Positions 25,946 through 39,844 of a stretch of DNA of 64,000 nucleotides are shown one piece after another. Origin of the DNA: Octopus vulgaris (Eukaryota); NCBI GenBank assembly GCA_951406725.2, contig OX597819.1:10726001-10790000 (forward strand), read 5' to 3'. Position 1 is the stretch's first letter; the number at the start of each line of letters is the position of its first letter. The notes under the pieces are model-generated. The model was not told where the DNA came from. It worked only from the letters and a program-made list of their open reading frames with translations, and searched no databases. The position numbers were made by a program, and so were the translations under genes.

Positions 25946-26735
25946 TCTTATTGTAGGATTTAGAAACCTCTTCTCTTAATAATAAGGTCTAATATATTTG
26001 ATAAGCAAAAGCTACAGATCAAACTTACAGATTAAACTTTTGAAAGTATTCATTATACTTCTTTTGTTTTCTTTTCAGCTTCTAAATCTTATTTTTAGGA
26101 AACCTTTGGGGGTAGTCTACACTTCTTAACAACAATAAGAAATGGAAAATACCTCACTTGAATAACTTTTATCAAATTAAAGAACTTTTAATTTCTGGGG
26201 TTTCCCAAGATAAAACAAACTCAAATTTTCTTTCAAAATCTAATATGAAGATCTTTGTCATGCAATAGCAAAGCACCAAACAAGAATGTATTTGGTATAC
26301 ATGATGAAAGGTAAGATTAAGATGCACTAAGTACAATGCTGTAGTCTTAAATATAAAATCCATAACGTTTCATGTTAACATTCAATGTAGTTATACTTTT
26401 GAATATTACAGTTTAGAATAAAATTGAAAGGCAATAAAATGTCAAAATGAATACAAAAATAACCAAAATGACATTGTCTAGTTTATACAATCACTGAAAT
26501 AAAGTTGGGTTGAGCACATCCAGAGAGTATGGATTCCAAGAGATTATAAAAGAAAAGGTGAAAAAGCAAAATGATAATGAATAAATTGGATAGATGAATA
26601 GAATAAGATTTGACAAAAATTGGAGTTTGGTTACTCAAAACCAAAAGTAATGGAGAAGTAACAGGAAGGTGTTTACTTAGAAATGGGTAAGTTATGACTG
26701 ATTTTATTGAAATAGTACATCTAAAATATGGGCGG

Positions 26736-27118
26736 TGGAGGCGCAATGGCCCAGTGGTTAGGGCAGTGGACTCGCGGTCGTAGGATCGCGGTTTCGATTC
26801 CCAGACCGGGCGTTGTGAGTGTTTATTGAGTGAAAACACCTAAAAGCTCCACGAGGCTCCGGCAGGGATGGTGGTGATCCCTGCTGTACTCTTTCACCAC
26901 AACTTTCTCTCACTCTTACTTCCTGTTTCTGTTGTACCTGTATTTCAAAGGGCCGGCCTTGTCACTCTCTGTGTCACGCTGAATATCCCCGAGAACTACG
27001 TTAAGGGTACACGTGTTTGTGGAGTGCTCAGCTACTTACATGTTAATTTCACGAGCAGGCTGTTCCGTTGATTGGATCAACCGGAACCCTCGTCGTCGTA
27101 ACTGACGGAGTGCTTCCA
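26736..27118 (+). mobile_element. tRNA-derived SINE family C, long-tail form (C1)
   Basis: GGAGGCGCAATGGCCCAGTGGTTAGGGCAG...GGTTTCGATTCCC head; near-identical to 54061-54443 (minus); flanking AAAATATGG is repeated. Confidence 0.9.
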
Positions 27119-28769
27119 TCATCAAAATATGGACAGTCAGATGCATACTTCAGAAGTATACTGTTAAAAGAATATGTTAGTGGCAGAGGCAGTAATAATA
27201 CCGAGAGGTAATATTTATGCCAACCTCAACATGGATAATACTGTATATCAGAGAAAGATGTTTAATGAAAAGGCTTAAATATTTAAGAGGAACAATTAAA
27301 TAGATTGGATATTAATTATGTTTTTATCTAGTATATAACAAATATACTGGGAGTTACATCTGAGAAAGCAAGTAACTTGAGAAGGGAACTGAACAGCAAA
27401 GATATTGATCAGATAATGCAACAAAAGATGATTCTGCTGAAATTATCATGTGCAGTGGTTATGAATGATGTATGTTGACAAACAATTGTTGGTGGAGCGA
27501 AGTTAGAAAGCAAAAGACTTGAGTTAAGATAGTTTATTAGATCTGAGAAAATTGGAACATACAAGAAGTAAAAAAAGGCAAAGATAGGAACAGATAGAGA
27601 GAAGATTCTTTCAGCTACTGCCAGCATGAAAGAAAGTAAAATGTTTAATCAATGATGATAAATAACTTTAAATGGAAATATATGTTTTGTTTTTATCTTG
27701 AACCTGCTAGGAAGTTGGGTTTCTGTGTGAAGGAGAAAGAGAGACAGGGAGGGAGCAGAGCTGAAATATGTTTAAGTTACTGGGTGTCTGAGAAAGAGAT
27801 AGAGAAGGCAGGGAGATTAGAACTAATGCTTTAACAGCAAGATCATTTTATGTAGAAAAAAGTTAATAGTCAAGATTGATTGATTGATTGATTGTAGAAG
27901 AATCCATTTACTACATTAATCCATAAAAAAATATGCATTTCACAATGAATCAAAATATAAGACAAAAATACAACAAATACAACAAAAACCCATGATGAAA
28001 ATATCAAAGTGTTCTGTAGTGCTGGTTCTGTTTTGTTAATCGCCAAACAAGAGAAAATAAAGCAGTTCCAAATAGCAGACACTGCAATGTTCTAACTTCT
28101 GCTTATCATGTTTTTTATAGCTACATCAATAGACTGGCACTGCACATGTCATTCATGTTAAATTCTAATGACTGGTATTTTAGTATTTATTGTTATTTAC
28201 TTATATACACAAAGTAAAAGTGAGTAACTAATGCCCACAAATGATATTAATCTCTTTTAGAAATGCATTAACTTTTCTGAAGATATTTGTTGAGCAAAAA
28301 AAAAAGAAAAAAAAGAAAGAAATAAAAAAAAAAACTGTTAAAAAAAAAATCTCCTGAGTTAAAAAAATGTCACTTCCTCTATGTTTTTGTAGGTCTCATT
28401 TATTAGAGTGGGGGGGGGGAAGAAAAAGAGACTACTTACATTAATAGTAATTTAGTATTTTGGCCAAGAATCATAGGCTTAAACTTTGATGCCTGCATTC
28501 ACACATACCCCTGAGGAAAGCACTTTAATCTGACTTGTCCTCTTTATATTAACTTTCTTTGGTATGTTCTTGAATCAAACATTTAGCCAAAAAAACTCCT
28601 GTAGTTAAATTTGAAGACATACCAAACTCAGCAGGATACAAAACTGAATATAAAATAATCTCCATCAAACCACAGCTTACTGACTTCAATAAAGAAGATA
28701 ATGTAATCCTAGATATAGGAAATGCCAGAATGGTCTCAGCTGGAATATCTTTAGTTATGAATCTCAAAT

Positions 28770-28897
28770 CTAAATATCTTACAATATTTAGTTTCACATC
28801 ACTATATTTTAAATATAAATTCCTCTGGGGTTGACAAGATAAGTATCATGCAAGTACAGATCTCGATTCAATTGACTATATTCCTCACCTACATATT
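28770..28897. repeat. 128-bp direct duplication, copy 1 (copy 2 at 30211-30338)
   Basis: CTAAATATCTTACAATATTTAGTTTCACATC...TTCCTCACCTACATATT is repeated 1441 bp downstream with a few substitutions. Confidence 0.9.
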
Positions 28898-29763
28898 CCA
28901 GGGTAAACCTAGAGCTGAAAAACTTTAATAACAACCAATACCAAATTCAATAAATATTTCAATTGACTTATTTAGAGATGACCAAAGGGATTAGACATCA
29001 ACAAAACAAACCATCAAGGAGGACCTCTATGTGGAAACACATACTGCTTGAATTAACAGTCAAATTGCCTCCAATCATCTTTAAAAAGAAAGGACAAGTT
29101 TATTTATATTATTTTAGATATATAAAAATAGGTGGGATCATTAATACCTTTGGTCATAGATCTGCTCAATTAGGGATCAGCGAGGACTAAACAACAGCCA
29201 ATTCATTCATCCCTGCATATCAAAATGCAGTAAGGCTTCCAGTTAGGCAGATACAGAGTATAATTGGAACAACAGATCTGAGATTCATACCTAGCCTGTT
29301 TGCTGACTATTTGTATCCCATAGGTGTGTTCAATCATATTTAAACTGAGGTTACTAAATATTAAAAAAGAAAAGCCAACACCAAGATCTAAGTTGTCCTA
29401 AATAGTCAAAACTAAAGAATTCAAGAATGAAGTAAAAATCTACTGCAATAGACCAATGAAGCAGAAGAATATCAGATTGGAAATGTTACCATCATCATTC
29501 CTACTAAAAGAACAAATCACTTCAGTAATTACCTATCTATTATATAGTCTGTATCTTTTAAGAACAAATACATTGTATACTAATATCCACTTGAAATAGG
29601 ATGCTATTGGAAGTATTCCACACACAGCATTAACACTCTATTATGCAGGTTTTCTAAGTTGATCAAGAAAGTGCTCATTACTTTTGTAAGCATTTTAACA
29701 CTGGTGAGATGTAGCTGATGTCCATTTGAAACATCAACAGGTCAATGGTTACTAGGAAAAAAA

Positions 29764-29994
29764 GGCGGCAAGCTAGCAGAAGTGTTAGCACACCGGGCGA
29801 AATGCTTTGCGGTACTTCGTCTGCCGTTATGTTGTGAGTTCAAATTCTGCCGAGGTCGACTTTGCCTTTCATCCTTTCGGGGTCGATAAATTAAGTACCA
29901 GTTACGCACTGGGGTCGATGTAATTGACATAATACCTATGTCTGTCCTTGTTTGTCCCCTCTATGTTTAGCCCCTTGTGGGTAATAAAGAAATA
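29764..29994 (+). mobile_element. SINE family B, full length with TSD
   Basis: TSD GGTTACTAGGAAAA at 29747-29760 and 29995-30008. Confidence 0.92.
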
Positions 29995-30210
29995 GGTTAC
30001 TAGGAAAACATGTTGGCAAGGAGAGAACACGAGGCCTGTTCCAAATGCCCGCAACAGAGTAAACTTCACTGGTTAAACAAGTTAAAGTTCATGCAAATAA
30101 AAGAAAAATGAAATTATTGCAAATATATTGTAACATCTTGATCTTGCCTTATAGCAATATCTCGTCTATATAAACTAGTAATGGACTGCAGAAATAGTTG
30201 AGGGACGCAA

Positions 30211-30338
30211 CTAAATATCTTACAATATTTAGTTTCACATCACTATATTTTAAATATAAATTCCTCTGGGGTTGATGAGATAAGTACCAGGCAAGTACAG
30301 ATCTCAATTCAATTGACTATATTCCTCACCTACATATT
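30211..30338. repeat. 128-bp direct duplication, copy 2
   Basis: See 28770-28897. Confidence 0.9.
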
Positions 30339-31689
30339 TGAGGCTTTGTATCTCTGTGAGAAATCAATATTTATCAATCTCTTTCTCTCTTCCATAAAAC
30401 TGTTTACAATAACAGCAACAATAGCAGTAACAGCCATAGCCAGCATTTACTATGAAGACAGATTTGATTAAGAGCCTCAGAAATATCCCATATGGATGAT
30501 CTCTATCTTTTCTTTCTTTCTTTTTTTTACTTAAATATATTCAATTTTCTTTGTATAAGATGTCACTAAAAGTCTAAACATCAATTCAATAATTTACAAC
30601 ATTTATAGAGTACACTTCACCCCCACTTCTAAGCAACATTTAATATGACCTGGAAAACTGGAAGGCTACTTTTATTATATCCTTATTTTTCTCAATACAT
30701 TAAAACTTCTGCAGCAACTTCTACAAACTAGAAGTCTGACTGCTTGAAGGTTAGAAAACTTAATTACCATAAAAATCTTCACACATTTTTATCATGAACA
30801 AGATCAAAGAGCTATAAATAATATTGGCATATGAATACCGGTCAAGCAATTAAGGTTCCATAAGAAAACTGAATAAACAAGCTATTTCCACATATAAATG
30901 CAATTAGCACTTTCCCAACGTCAGTCATGGAATTTAATTAAACAGGAAGGATTTAATTATGTACATCTAAATAAATATTGATTTCTTTTTCTTAGGCAGA
31001 AGGCCATTCTTTCACTTCTTATTGTAGAAAAAAAATATAATGTAAATGCATATGCATATTCATGCGTGAGTGTGCAACTGACTTTGTGTGTAAGTGTGTA
31101 AAAACACACAGACATGTATAATATTTATTGCATGCATTTCTTAATAATGATTTGAGAATACAATAATCGCTAACTCATTTATGGCAACAGAAACACACCT
31201 ACCTGATGGCTGACAAGGCAGAATAGAATGCATGCTACAATGTGGGCCAAAATAACAAGGACATAACCCAGTAGCATCAGTGATGTTAAGCACTTTCAGA
31301 AGTAACAAAACCGTTAAAGTGCTAAAACCACTGTGATATTCATCTAGTAACTGAAGAGAATCTTCTGCAGTGCATACAATATGTAAAATAATTATCATAA
31401 CGACTTCTACATGACTGAACACACATTTTTGAGAAAGGGAGTTGATTATATTGGCCTAACTACTTGGTTGAGGTTGATATTAGTGAATATCAATCGCAGA
31501 GGGATCAAAGCCAAGAAGGCCTTGATGGGGTTCAATTTCAAAACACAAGGAGATTGAAATAAACATTGCAAACTATTTCATCTCACAGTCTACCAATTCT
31601 GCTAATCTACTACCCTTAGTACAACAAAAGCAAAAGTAATACAGCTCAAGCCAAAGAAGAGCCTACAAGAAAAACCAATCAGAAAGGAA

Positions 31690-31925
31690 AACTGACACCA
31701 GCAACTTAAGTGAGGAAGATCAGAAGATTTTAGATGAGTTGAAGGAAGTAATGAGTAAAGAAGAAAGAAAAATATTACTAGCAATAAAAGGTGTTAATAG
31801 AAAAAAGTTGCTAGATATGATTAGGAAAGTAGATTTTATCAGTAAAATAGATACCAAAAATATAGGTGACACTAACTTATTGATTTATGCAGGAGGGGTA
31901 TTAGTTATGAGAAGACTAGGTATTC
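31690..31925 (+). pseudogene. Fragment of the N-terminal region of an R4/Dong-like LINE ORF
   Basis: KGVNRKKLL...IDTKNIGDTNLLIYAGGVLVMRRLG resembles the recalled 'TN.LIYAGA.VV...LG' motif upstream of RT in R4/Dong elements. Confidence 0.5.
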
Positions 31926-31929
31926 CTCA

Positions 31930-32090
31930 ATGGCCATGATCGGATGGTGCTTTTTATGTACTACTGGCACGTAGGCCAGTCGGGGCGACGCTGGCAACGG
32001 CCACGTTCGGATGGTTCTCTTACGTGCCACCAGCACTGGTGTCACAGCTACAATTTCCATTGATGTTGATCGATTTTGATTTTTGATTTA
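31930..32090 (-). mobile_element. RTE 3' UTR (family E) internal fragment
   Basis: GATCGGATGGTGCTTTTTATGT...GCTGGCAACGGCCACG unit. Confidence 0.7.
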
Positions 32091-33378
32091 CCAAAAAATA
32101 AAAATAAAAGCTACAATAAAAGTATTATTATAGTTATGATAGATATATTATTATGATTAACGACACTGAAAATATCAAAAATGAGGCTAACTAATTTAAT
32201 GTGCTAATAATTTTAATTAATTAAGTATCATAACATTGATGTGATATTTACTGTATACCAACTTTTGCACTCTCTGTGTATACACACACATATACATACA
32301 CACACATATATATATATATACACATATATACATATGTGTGTATAAATCTAAACAAAGAAATATTTGTTTTTTATTTGAACCACTGAAAATGTGTATTGTA
32401 CGATGCAGAGTTGCAGTTAGAACACCAGAAATACTTGGTAAATTATCCTTACAAGGTGGAATAATTTGGCAAAAACCAGCCATATATATGTATACACACA
32501 CACACACAGTTGAACTAGGAGTAAAGTGCACTCAATAAGATTGAATTGAGGGATTCAAGACACTGAAATAGTCTCTACAAACACATCAGGTTGTCTTTCT
32601 CTGAAATTGTCCTCAATCCAAATATATTTAAATAACTGGTTTCTCACCCAGGCATAATGCTGTAGATCTGTAAGATAACTTACTCAACACCAGGCCTACC
32701 AATATTCTGAATAATATTTACAATCATAATATTGATGTAATTATATTGATTTTATATATACTGTTCACTGTAAAGTCTGTTCTCTTTTTCATATATACAT
32801 ATGCTTATAGTTTCCTTATTTCTACTAAACAAATATTTTCTGTATATACTAACATATTTAATTTATACTATAAAAAAAAAACACATTTAAAGAGGGGAAA
32901 ATTACTGAATTTAGATTTGTGGTAGTTAGCTTTCATACCTTGGTTATAAATAAAACAGACTTCGTTATAAATGAAACATATTCATACAGAGACTTGCATT
33001 TATTCAGAAGGACACACACACTTATTAATATAATATGTCTTTTAAGATTAATATGGGCTGGGCAAGTTTGGAACATGTCCTGATCTATAATTATTATAGG
33101 TGAAAACATTAATATGTTAAACAAAATGAACTGGCAGAATCATCAGCATGCCAGGTAAAATGCTTAGAGACATTTTTCCTATCTGCAGAGGTCGACTTTG
33201 CCTTTCATCCTTTCAGGGTTGATAAATACCAGTTGAGTACTGGGCAGGTGATGTAACTGATTTACCCCTGGCCTAAAATTGCCGGCCTTGTGCTAAAATC
33301 TGAAACCAATATTTTACACAAGCATAAACAAACAACCATACACAAAAGCAATATTTCCAGTATCTATATTATTAAACC

Positions 33379-33672
33379 GTGGAGGCGCAATGGCCTAGTG
33401 GTTAGGGCAGTGGACTCGCGGTTGCAGGATCACGGTTTCGATTCCCAGACCGGGTGTTGTGAGTGTTTATTGAGCGAAAACACCTAGAAGCTCCACGAGG
33501 CTCCGGCAGGGGGTGGTGATCCCTGCTGTACTCTTTCACCACTCTTTCTTCTGTTGGACTGCTTGCTTAGCCAGCGGGGTGGCATCATTCGAAGGCTAAA
33601 ACAACGCGAACGCATTGTGACCAGCGATGTGTAACAACATCTGATGGTCTGGTCGGTCACGTGATCACGTGA
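33379..33672 (+). mobile_element. SINE family C, short-tail form (C2), with TSD
   Basis: Same head as C1 up to TACTCTTTCACCAC, then a different tail ending CACGTGATCACGTGAT; TSD ATATTATTAAACC on both sides. Confidence 0.9.
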
Positions 33673-33914
33673 TATTATTAAACCATGCATTATTCAACTA
33701 AATAAAGGATTTTCTGAAAACAAGTATTCAATTAAAGAAACATATTAGCATTCTTAAAAGTTTAAATTGGAGAGTAAATTTTTTAGGATGTACTTTAAAT
33801 ACTCTTTCTTCTTCTTTGGCAGTGTATGCCTTGTGGGACAATAGATCTGCCCATTAAAAGTGTTTTTACATGTTACATTTGTCATTCTATATTTATCCTT
33901 ACAATTAACATTTA

Positions 33915-34110
33915 TTATCATCAATCAACATCTGTTTTCCAAGCTAGTATAGGCTGGATGTTTTGACCAAGTCTGATGAGCTGCAAGACTCTCTCTAGCT
34001 CCAATGCCAGCTTTGGCATGGTTTCTATGGCTGGATGCCCTTCCTAATACTATCCATTTTACAGTATATACTGCACGCTTTCATCATGACACCAGTGCTA
34101 GTGAGATCAC
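33915..34110 (-). mobile_element. Family E (RTE 3' end), degenerate
   Basis: TTTGGCATGGTTTCTATGGCTGGATGCCCTTCCTAAT. Confidence 0.6.
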
Positions 34111-34234
34111 CAAATAACTTTATATATGCATATTTTCATATGACATTTATGTATAACTGGTAAAATTTCTTTTTCTTTTTGTATTTAACCTTTGTATGTA
34201 TATATAACTTTTGAACACCAAATATATGCCATAT

Positions 34235-34406
34235 AGGCGCAGGAGTGGGTGTGTAGTAAGTAGCTTGCTAACCAGCCACATGGTTCTGGGTTCAGTCCCA
34301 CTGCGTGGCACCTTGGGCAAGTGTCTTCTACTATAGCCTCGGGCCAACCAAAGCCTTGTGAGTGGATTTGGTAGACGGAAACTGAAAGAAGCCTGTCGTA
34401 TATATG

Positions 34407-34461
<55 letters not shown>

Positions 34462-34660
34462 TTGTGTGTCTGTGTTTGTCCCCCTAGCATTGCTTGACAA
34501 CCGATGCTGGCGTGTTTACGTCCCCGTCACTTAGCGGTTCGGCAAAAGAGACCAATAGAATAAGTACTGGGCTTACAAAGAATAAGTCCCGGGGTCGATT
34601 TGCTCGACTAAAGGCGATGCTCCAGCATGGCCGCAATCAAATGACTGAAACAAGTAAAAA
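34235..34660 (+). mobile_element. SINE family A, full length
   Basis: AGGCGCAGGAGTGG...CAAATGACTGAAACAAGTAAAA. Confidence 0.93.
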
Positions 34661-37496
34661 AAAAAAAATATGAAGGCTTTAAATATGTAAATTTCGTGAA
34701 TTGCAATATATTTTGATTTTTGTACATAAGAGGCCCACTGAACCTGGAGTGCTCAGGGGTCCCAAGTTCCAAATCCAGCTTGACTGCAAGTGTTGATATA
34801 GCTTGGACCCAGTGATTTTGTAGGAATTGAAAGCATCATTGGACTACATAAGGGACTCTTGCTCCTGATTATGTGCCAATTAAATTGACTTTAACACATG
34901 ACTTGCACTGGTGCTAATAGCTTTAATAAAATTTTTAAATATCTATATATCAAATAAAAGGAACGAATGGTGTAATGGATTCATAAGAAAAATCCAATTA
35001 CAATCCAAATGCTATTCTATGAAATTGGTGTCCAAGAGTACAATATTAAAAGCCCTAAAAATCACAGAACAGAGACTCTTTAGGAATGTTTGAATCTTCA
35101 GGCCAGGCAGGTAGGAAGAACTCAGGAAGAATGGCATTCTGATATCTTGTAATGCAACAGAATGCTCCATCGGTAAATCAGTAGCAGTTTGAAAATAATG
35201 TTACATCCTGGGTAAGAATTCTTAAGTTCTTTATATGGCAGAGTTCAAAAATGACAAGTAGAATGTTGCCATAAAGACATTTATAAATTGTTAATGATAC
35301 AGAATTTTGAATGGTATTCTCTGAATATTTAAGTGAATGGCAATTTGCATAGAAAGCCTTGACATTTTTATTATTGACACATACTGAATATTGCATAAGA
35401 TTGGGAGTTTTTTTTTTTTATTATGGACACAAAATTTATTGATGCTTGACCTACCTCTGCTGCTACCATAAAATAATTACACACTCACTTCAAGGGTTAT
35501 CAGAACAACACTTGATCTGTGACAGAGTTTGAAATGGTGATCAGTAGTCCTGTGGTTTAGCAACTCAACTCTTAATACTACTACAACTCTTCCTCAAACC
35601 AGTTTTTATTTACACATTATTCAACAAATGCTACATCAAAAATAAGTTCAATCATGTTTTTGAAGATTTATGTTGCTGTTGCAGCAAATAACTGCACTAT
35701 GCATAGATTACATATCCAATATACATGAAGAGCAGCTAATTAGTATTGCACTAGGAGAGTATCTGAAGGAATAAAAAAAACAAACAAACATGGTGGTTGG
35801 ATTTAAAATCAAATAACGTACTTTGTTACAGAGAATAAAGATTAAAAATAAAAGAAAAAATGAAAACTTACATGTCATGGAAGAAGCTACAACAATGTTC
35901 TTTTGTATGACCCAGTATGAGACCAATGAAGGTTATGTGCACTATGAAGTCAAGCATTCATTGCTTCAATCAATATTAGACCAAACATCTTATTTTGCTC
36001 CAAGAAATTGCTCAAAAGCTAAACAAATCAGCTAATGATTAATTGAATATTTTCATTCACCACAGAACAATCACATTGTCATCATCACTATCATTGCCAC
36101 AATCTTCTCCAAGACCACTGTTATCACAAGCCTCACCACCATCACCATCCCTGCTTCCATCAATTATCTATCAATTTTTCTATGCTTACATGATTAGGTT
36201 GAAGTTTGAAAGTTTAGATATGTAAACAAGAATCTTTGGAACAAATAGTTTTCCTTTCTCTTTTTTCTATTTTTAAATTTTGGAATGTCTTTCTGCAGTT
36301 AACTGATTGAAATTGAAGTAAAAATAGCCAATATTTTTCGGCTAAACTGAGACAAATAGAATGATATTTTTTCACAGAAGCCGAATCTACAACAAAATTT
36401 GACCATTTAGTTAACAATGTGACATGATACCCTCAGTGAAGCCTAAAATGGAACAATCCGTTCAATAGTTATAATGAATATTATTTTTAGTAATAGACAC
36501 TGCAAAGTTAATTGACTGACAATAGGGTTTATAGTAGAATAAATATAGCTACAAGACATGCTGAGTGCTTTTTGCAAATAATAAACATGATGGTGTTAAA
36601 CTGCTGCAGGTTATAATTCAAATTAGATAAACGGTTCAATAGATTATATCCTGTTCAAAGAGCTCCAGCTAATTCTTGGAAAATTATCTAAGATGATAAA
36701 TATGTAATGAACAGATTCTTATTAAGGCAATGAGGTAGATGAATACTTTTTAATGAGGCATAATTTTACAACTGGATACTTTTCTCATCACTAAAAGTTA
36801 CCTGTTTATCAAACAAGGGGTATAAGTATAAACCTCGTAGAAATAAAAACCTGCAGTACAACAATTAAAACAGTTCCTCATATCTAATTTTGTAGATTAC
36901 CTTAAAATATTAGGGAGGTTGAAATTATATCCAGTTATAACCATACATTCTTAACTGGGTTTAATCCAAAACAATTCACATTACAAAACAAAAATCTTTA
37001 CATACACAAAATAGATTGTCACAAGCTGTTCCTTTTTAGTCAAAATACCACCAGTTTAAGGCATAGATAATTGTTATCAGATGTAGATACCTGAATGACT
37101 TGCCAGAATCTCACTGAACCAACTACAACACTACCATAGTTGGTCAAAGGAGATTTTTAGGAGGTAATATTTAAATGTTCCAAGACAGTGGGCCAGCAGA
37201 ATCATTAGCAGACTGGACATTTTGTCCATCTTCACATATTGAGTTCAAATTCGACAGAGGTTGGACTTCGACTGTCATCCCTTCGGGGTCAATAAAATAA
37301 GTACCAGTTGAATACTGGTGTCAATGCAACCGACTTACCACTCCTCTAAAGTTACTGGCCCTGTGCCAAAATTCGAAACCAATATTTTTATGCTCTACTT
37401 GCTGCTCTCATTAACTTGAGTTATAACCTACAACATCTATCACAACAGAGCTATGTATGTTGTACATGCACAGAGTTACATGAATTGTTTGAACAT

Positions 37497-37909
37497 AGGC
37501 GCAGCAGTGGCTGTGTGGTAAGTAGCTTGCTAACCAACCACATGGTTCTGGGTTCAGTCCCACTGCGTGGCATCTTGGGCAAGTGTCTTCTGCTATAGCC
37601 CCGGGCCAACCAATGCCTTGTGAGTGGATTAGGTAGACGGAAACTGAAAGAAGCCTATCGTATATATGTATATATGTATAAGTGTGTGTGTTTGTGTGTG
37701 TGTATTTGTCCCCCTAGCATTGCTTGACAACCGATGCTAGTGTGTTTACGTCCCCGTCACTTAGTGGTTCGGCAAAAGAGACCGATAGAATAAGTACTGG
37801 GCTTACAAAGAATAAGTCCCGGGGTCGATTTGCTCGACTAAAGGCGGTGCTCCAGCATGGCCGCAGTCAAATGACTGAAACAAGTAAAAGAGTAAAAGAG
37901 TAAAGAGTA
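37497..37909 (+). mobile_element. SINE family A, full length
   Basis: Complete head, microsatellite, body and (AAAGAGT)n tail. Confidence 0.93.
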
Positions 37910-38587
37910 TATGTAATACATAAATTTTTTTTGTGACTACAGAAAAATTAGATGGAAATGAAAAAAATAAAATGCAATAAAACATGTTAACAGATGTGAT
38001 ACTGAAATATTCATCACAAAACCAAAAGATCTAAAAGTACTACCTCCTCTAGCATGTACCTCACACAAGGATCACCTATTTGTTTCACTTTACCCAGCTG
38101 ATAATAGGTTCCAGTCCTATTTCATGATACAATAAGTAGGAAAAGCATCAAACTGTAAAAACACCTACAATACTAATATTATTATCCATATCAACATTTG
38201 AGAAAACAAAGCAGATAAGGAAACAAAAAAAATCTATGGCCATAAAATAGTTTTAATAGCCAAGTTCATTTAATTGCAATTTTAGATCACTGAGTGCATT
38301 CTGATTTTCTGTAAAGAGCTCTCTTTACTCTGAAGAAATTGGTCACATTTCCTTGCCAAGTCATACATTCATCCCTTATCAACACTAACATCAATTAACA
38401 TTGATTTATTTTTAACTTTGATAAGTATTCATTAATGTTTTAAATTATCTATTTATTATATACAATCGTTTTCTTTTTTTTTAAATAATAGCCATTATCT
38501 TTCTCAACAACTGAACTGAAAAAGGCCTTTTGGGTCATCAAAATATCTCATCAGAAATTGATGTGCAGTTTATATATATATATATAT

Positions 38588-38846
38588 GTGGATGCGCAAT
38601 GGCCCAGTGGTTAGGGTAGCGCACTCGCGATCGCAGTTTCGATTCCCAGACTGGGCGTTGTGAGTGTTTATTGAGCGAAAACACCTAAAAGCTACACGAT
38701 GCTCCGGCAGGGGGTGGTGATCCCTGCTGTACTCTTTCACCACTCTTTCTTCCACTCTTTCTGCTGTCGGTCTGCTCGCTTAGCCAGCGAGGCTTTGTGA
38801 CCAGCGATGTGTAACAACATCTGATGGTCTGGTCGGTCACGTGATA
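38588..38846 (+). mobile_element. SINE family C2 with internal deletions, in (TA)n
   Basis: GCGCAATGGCCCAGTGGTTAGGG...GATGGTCTGGTCGGTCACGTGATA. Confidence 0.85.
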
Positions 38847-39542
38847 TATATATATATATATAATAAGAAAGAGAAAAGAACGAAAATAACCTTATTTTAC
38901 TGTAACTGAAAACAGAGAACATTAGTATCATTTAATGGATAATTTCAGTAAATAAATTTTTTTTCCCAGTGGCCAACCTATTCAAATTATTATTTTGCAA
39001 TTCTTTTCTTTTTCATATTTTTTATTACACTTTGTAGACAGTATTTGTGCAAGTCAACATTACATTTTTCATATTTACTGAGAGAGAAGATAATTACTTT
39101 GCTAGAAAGAAACATATTTTGAAACTGAGAATTTTATGATTGAAAAATTCTTTATGTTTCAGGATTGTAAACAAAATACAATGGAGAGAGAGAGAGAGAG
39201 AGATGCAAATCTTATCCAGAAAATACAAGTAATCTAGATTCAAATTAAGTGTTTCACATTCCTGAAAAATTTCATTATTTCGCCCTTGTAATATTAGCTT
39301 GCTTCAGTAAACAGCTGTTTGACATTGACTAGATTTAGTCAGCAAAACACAGATATACTTTCAGAAAACTTCCACTCATTGTTGAAAATTCTATTTAGCT
39401 TGCATTGTAGATATAAAATTTAGAAGTCAATGGATAATGAAACCTTACTTTAGAATTATGTATTGATATATGAAGAGATCAGTTAGTTTAAGTAAAATAA
39501 AGCACACACACACACAATGCCAAGAATTTAGACAATGTATTT

Positions 39543-39844
39543 GGCGAGTTGGTAGAAACATTAGCACGCTGGGTGAAATGCGTAGCCATATTTCGTCTGC
39601 CGTTAAGTTCTGAGTTCAAATTCCGCCGAGGTCAACTTTGCCTTTCAACCTTTCGGGGTCGATAAATCAAGTACCAGTTACGCACTGGGGTCGATATAAT
39701 CGACTTAATCCCTTTGTCTGTCCTTGTTTGTCCCCTCTGTGTTTAGCCCCTTGTACCCACAAGGGGCTAAATGTGACATGATACCCTCAGGGTATCATGT
39801 CACATTGTACCCACAAGGGGCTTTACCACAAGGGTAAAGAAATA
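39543..39844 (+). mobile_element. SINE family B with a rearranged 3' end
   Basis: Family B body intact to GCCCCTTGT (39754), then inverted and templated insertions, then AAAGAAATA. Confidence 0.88.
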
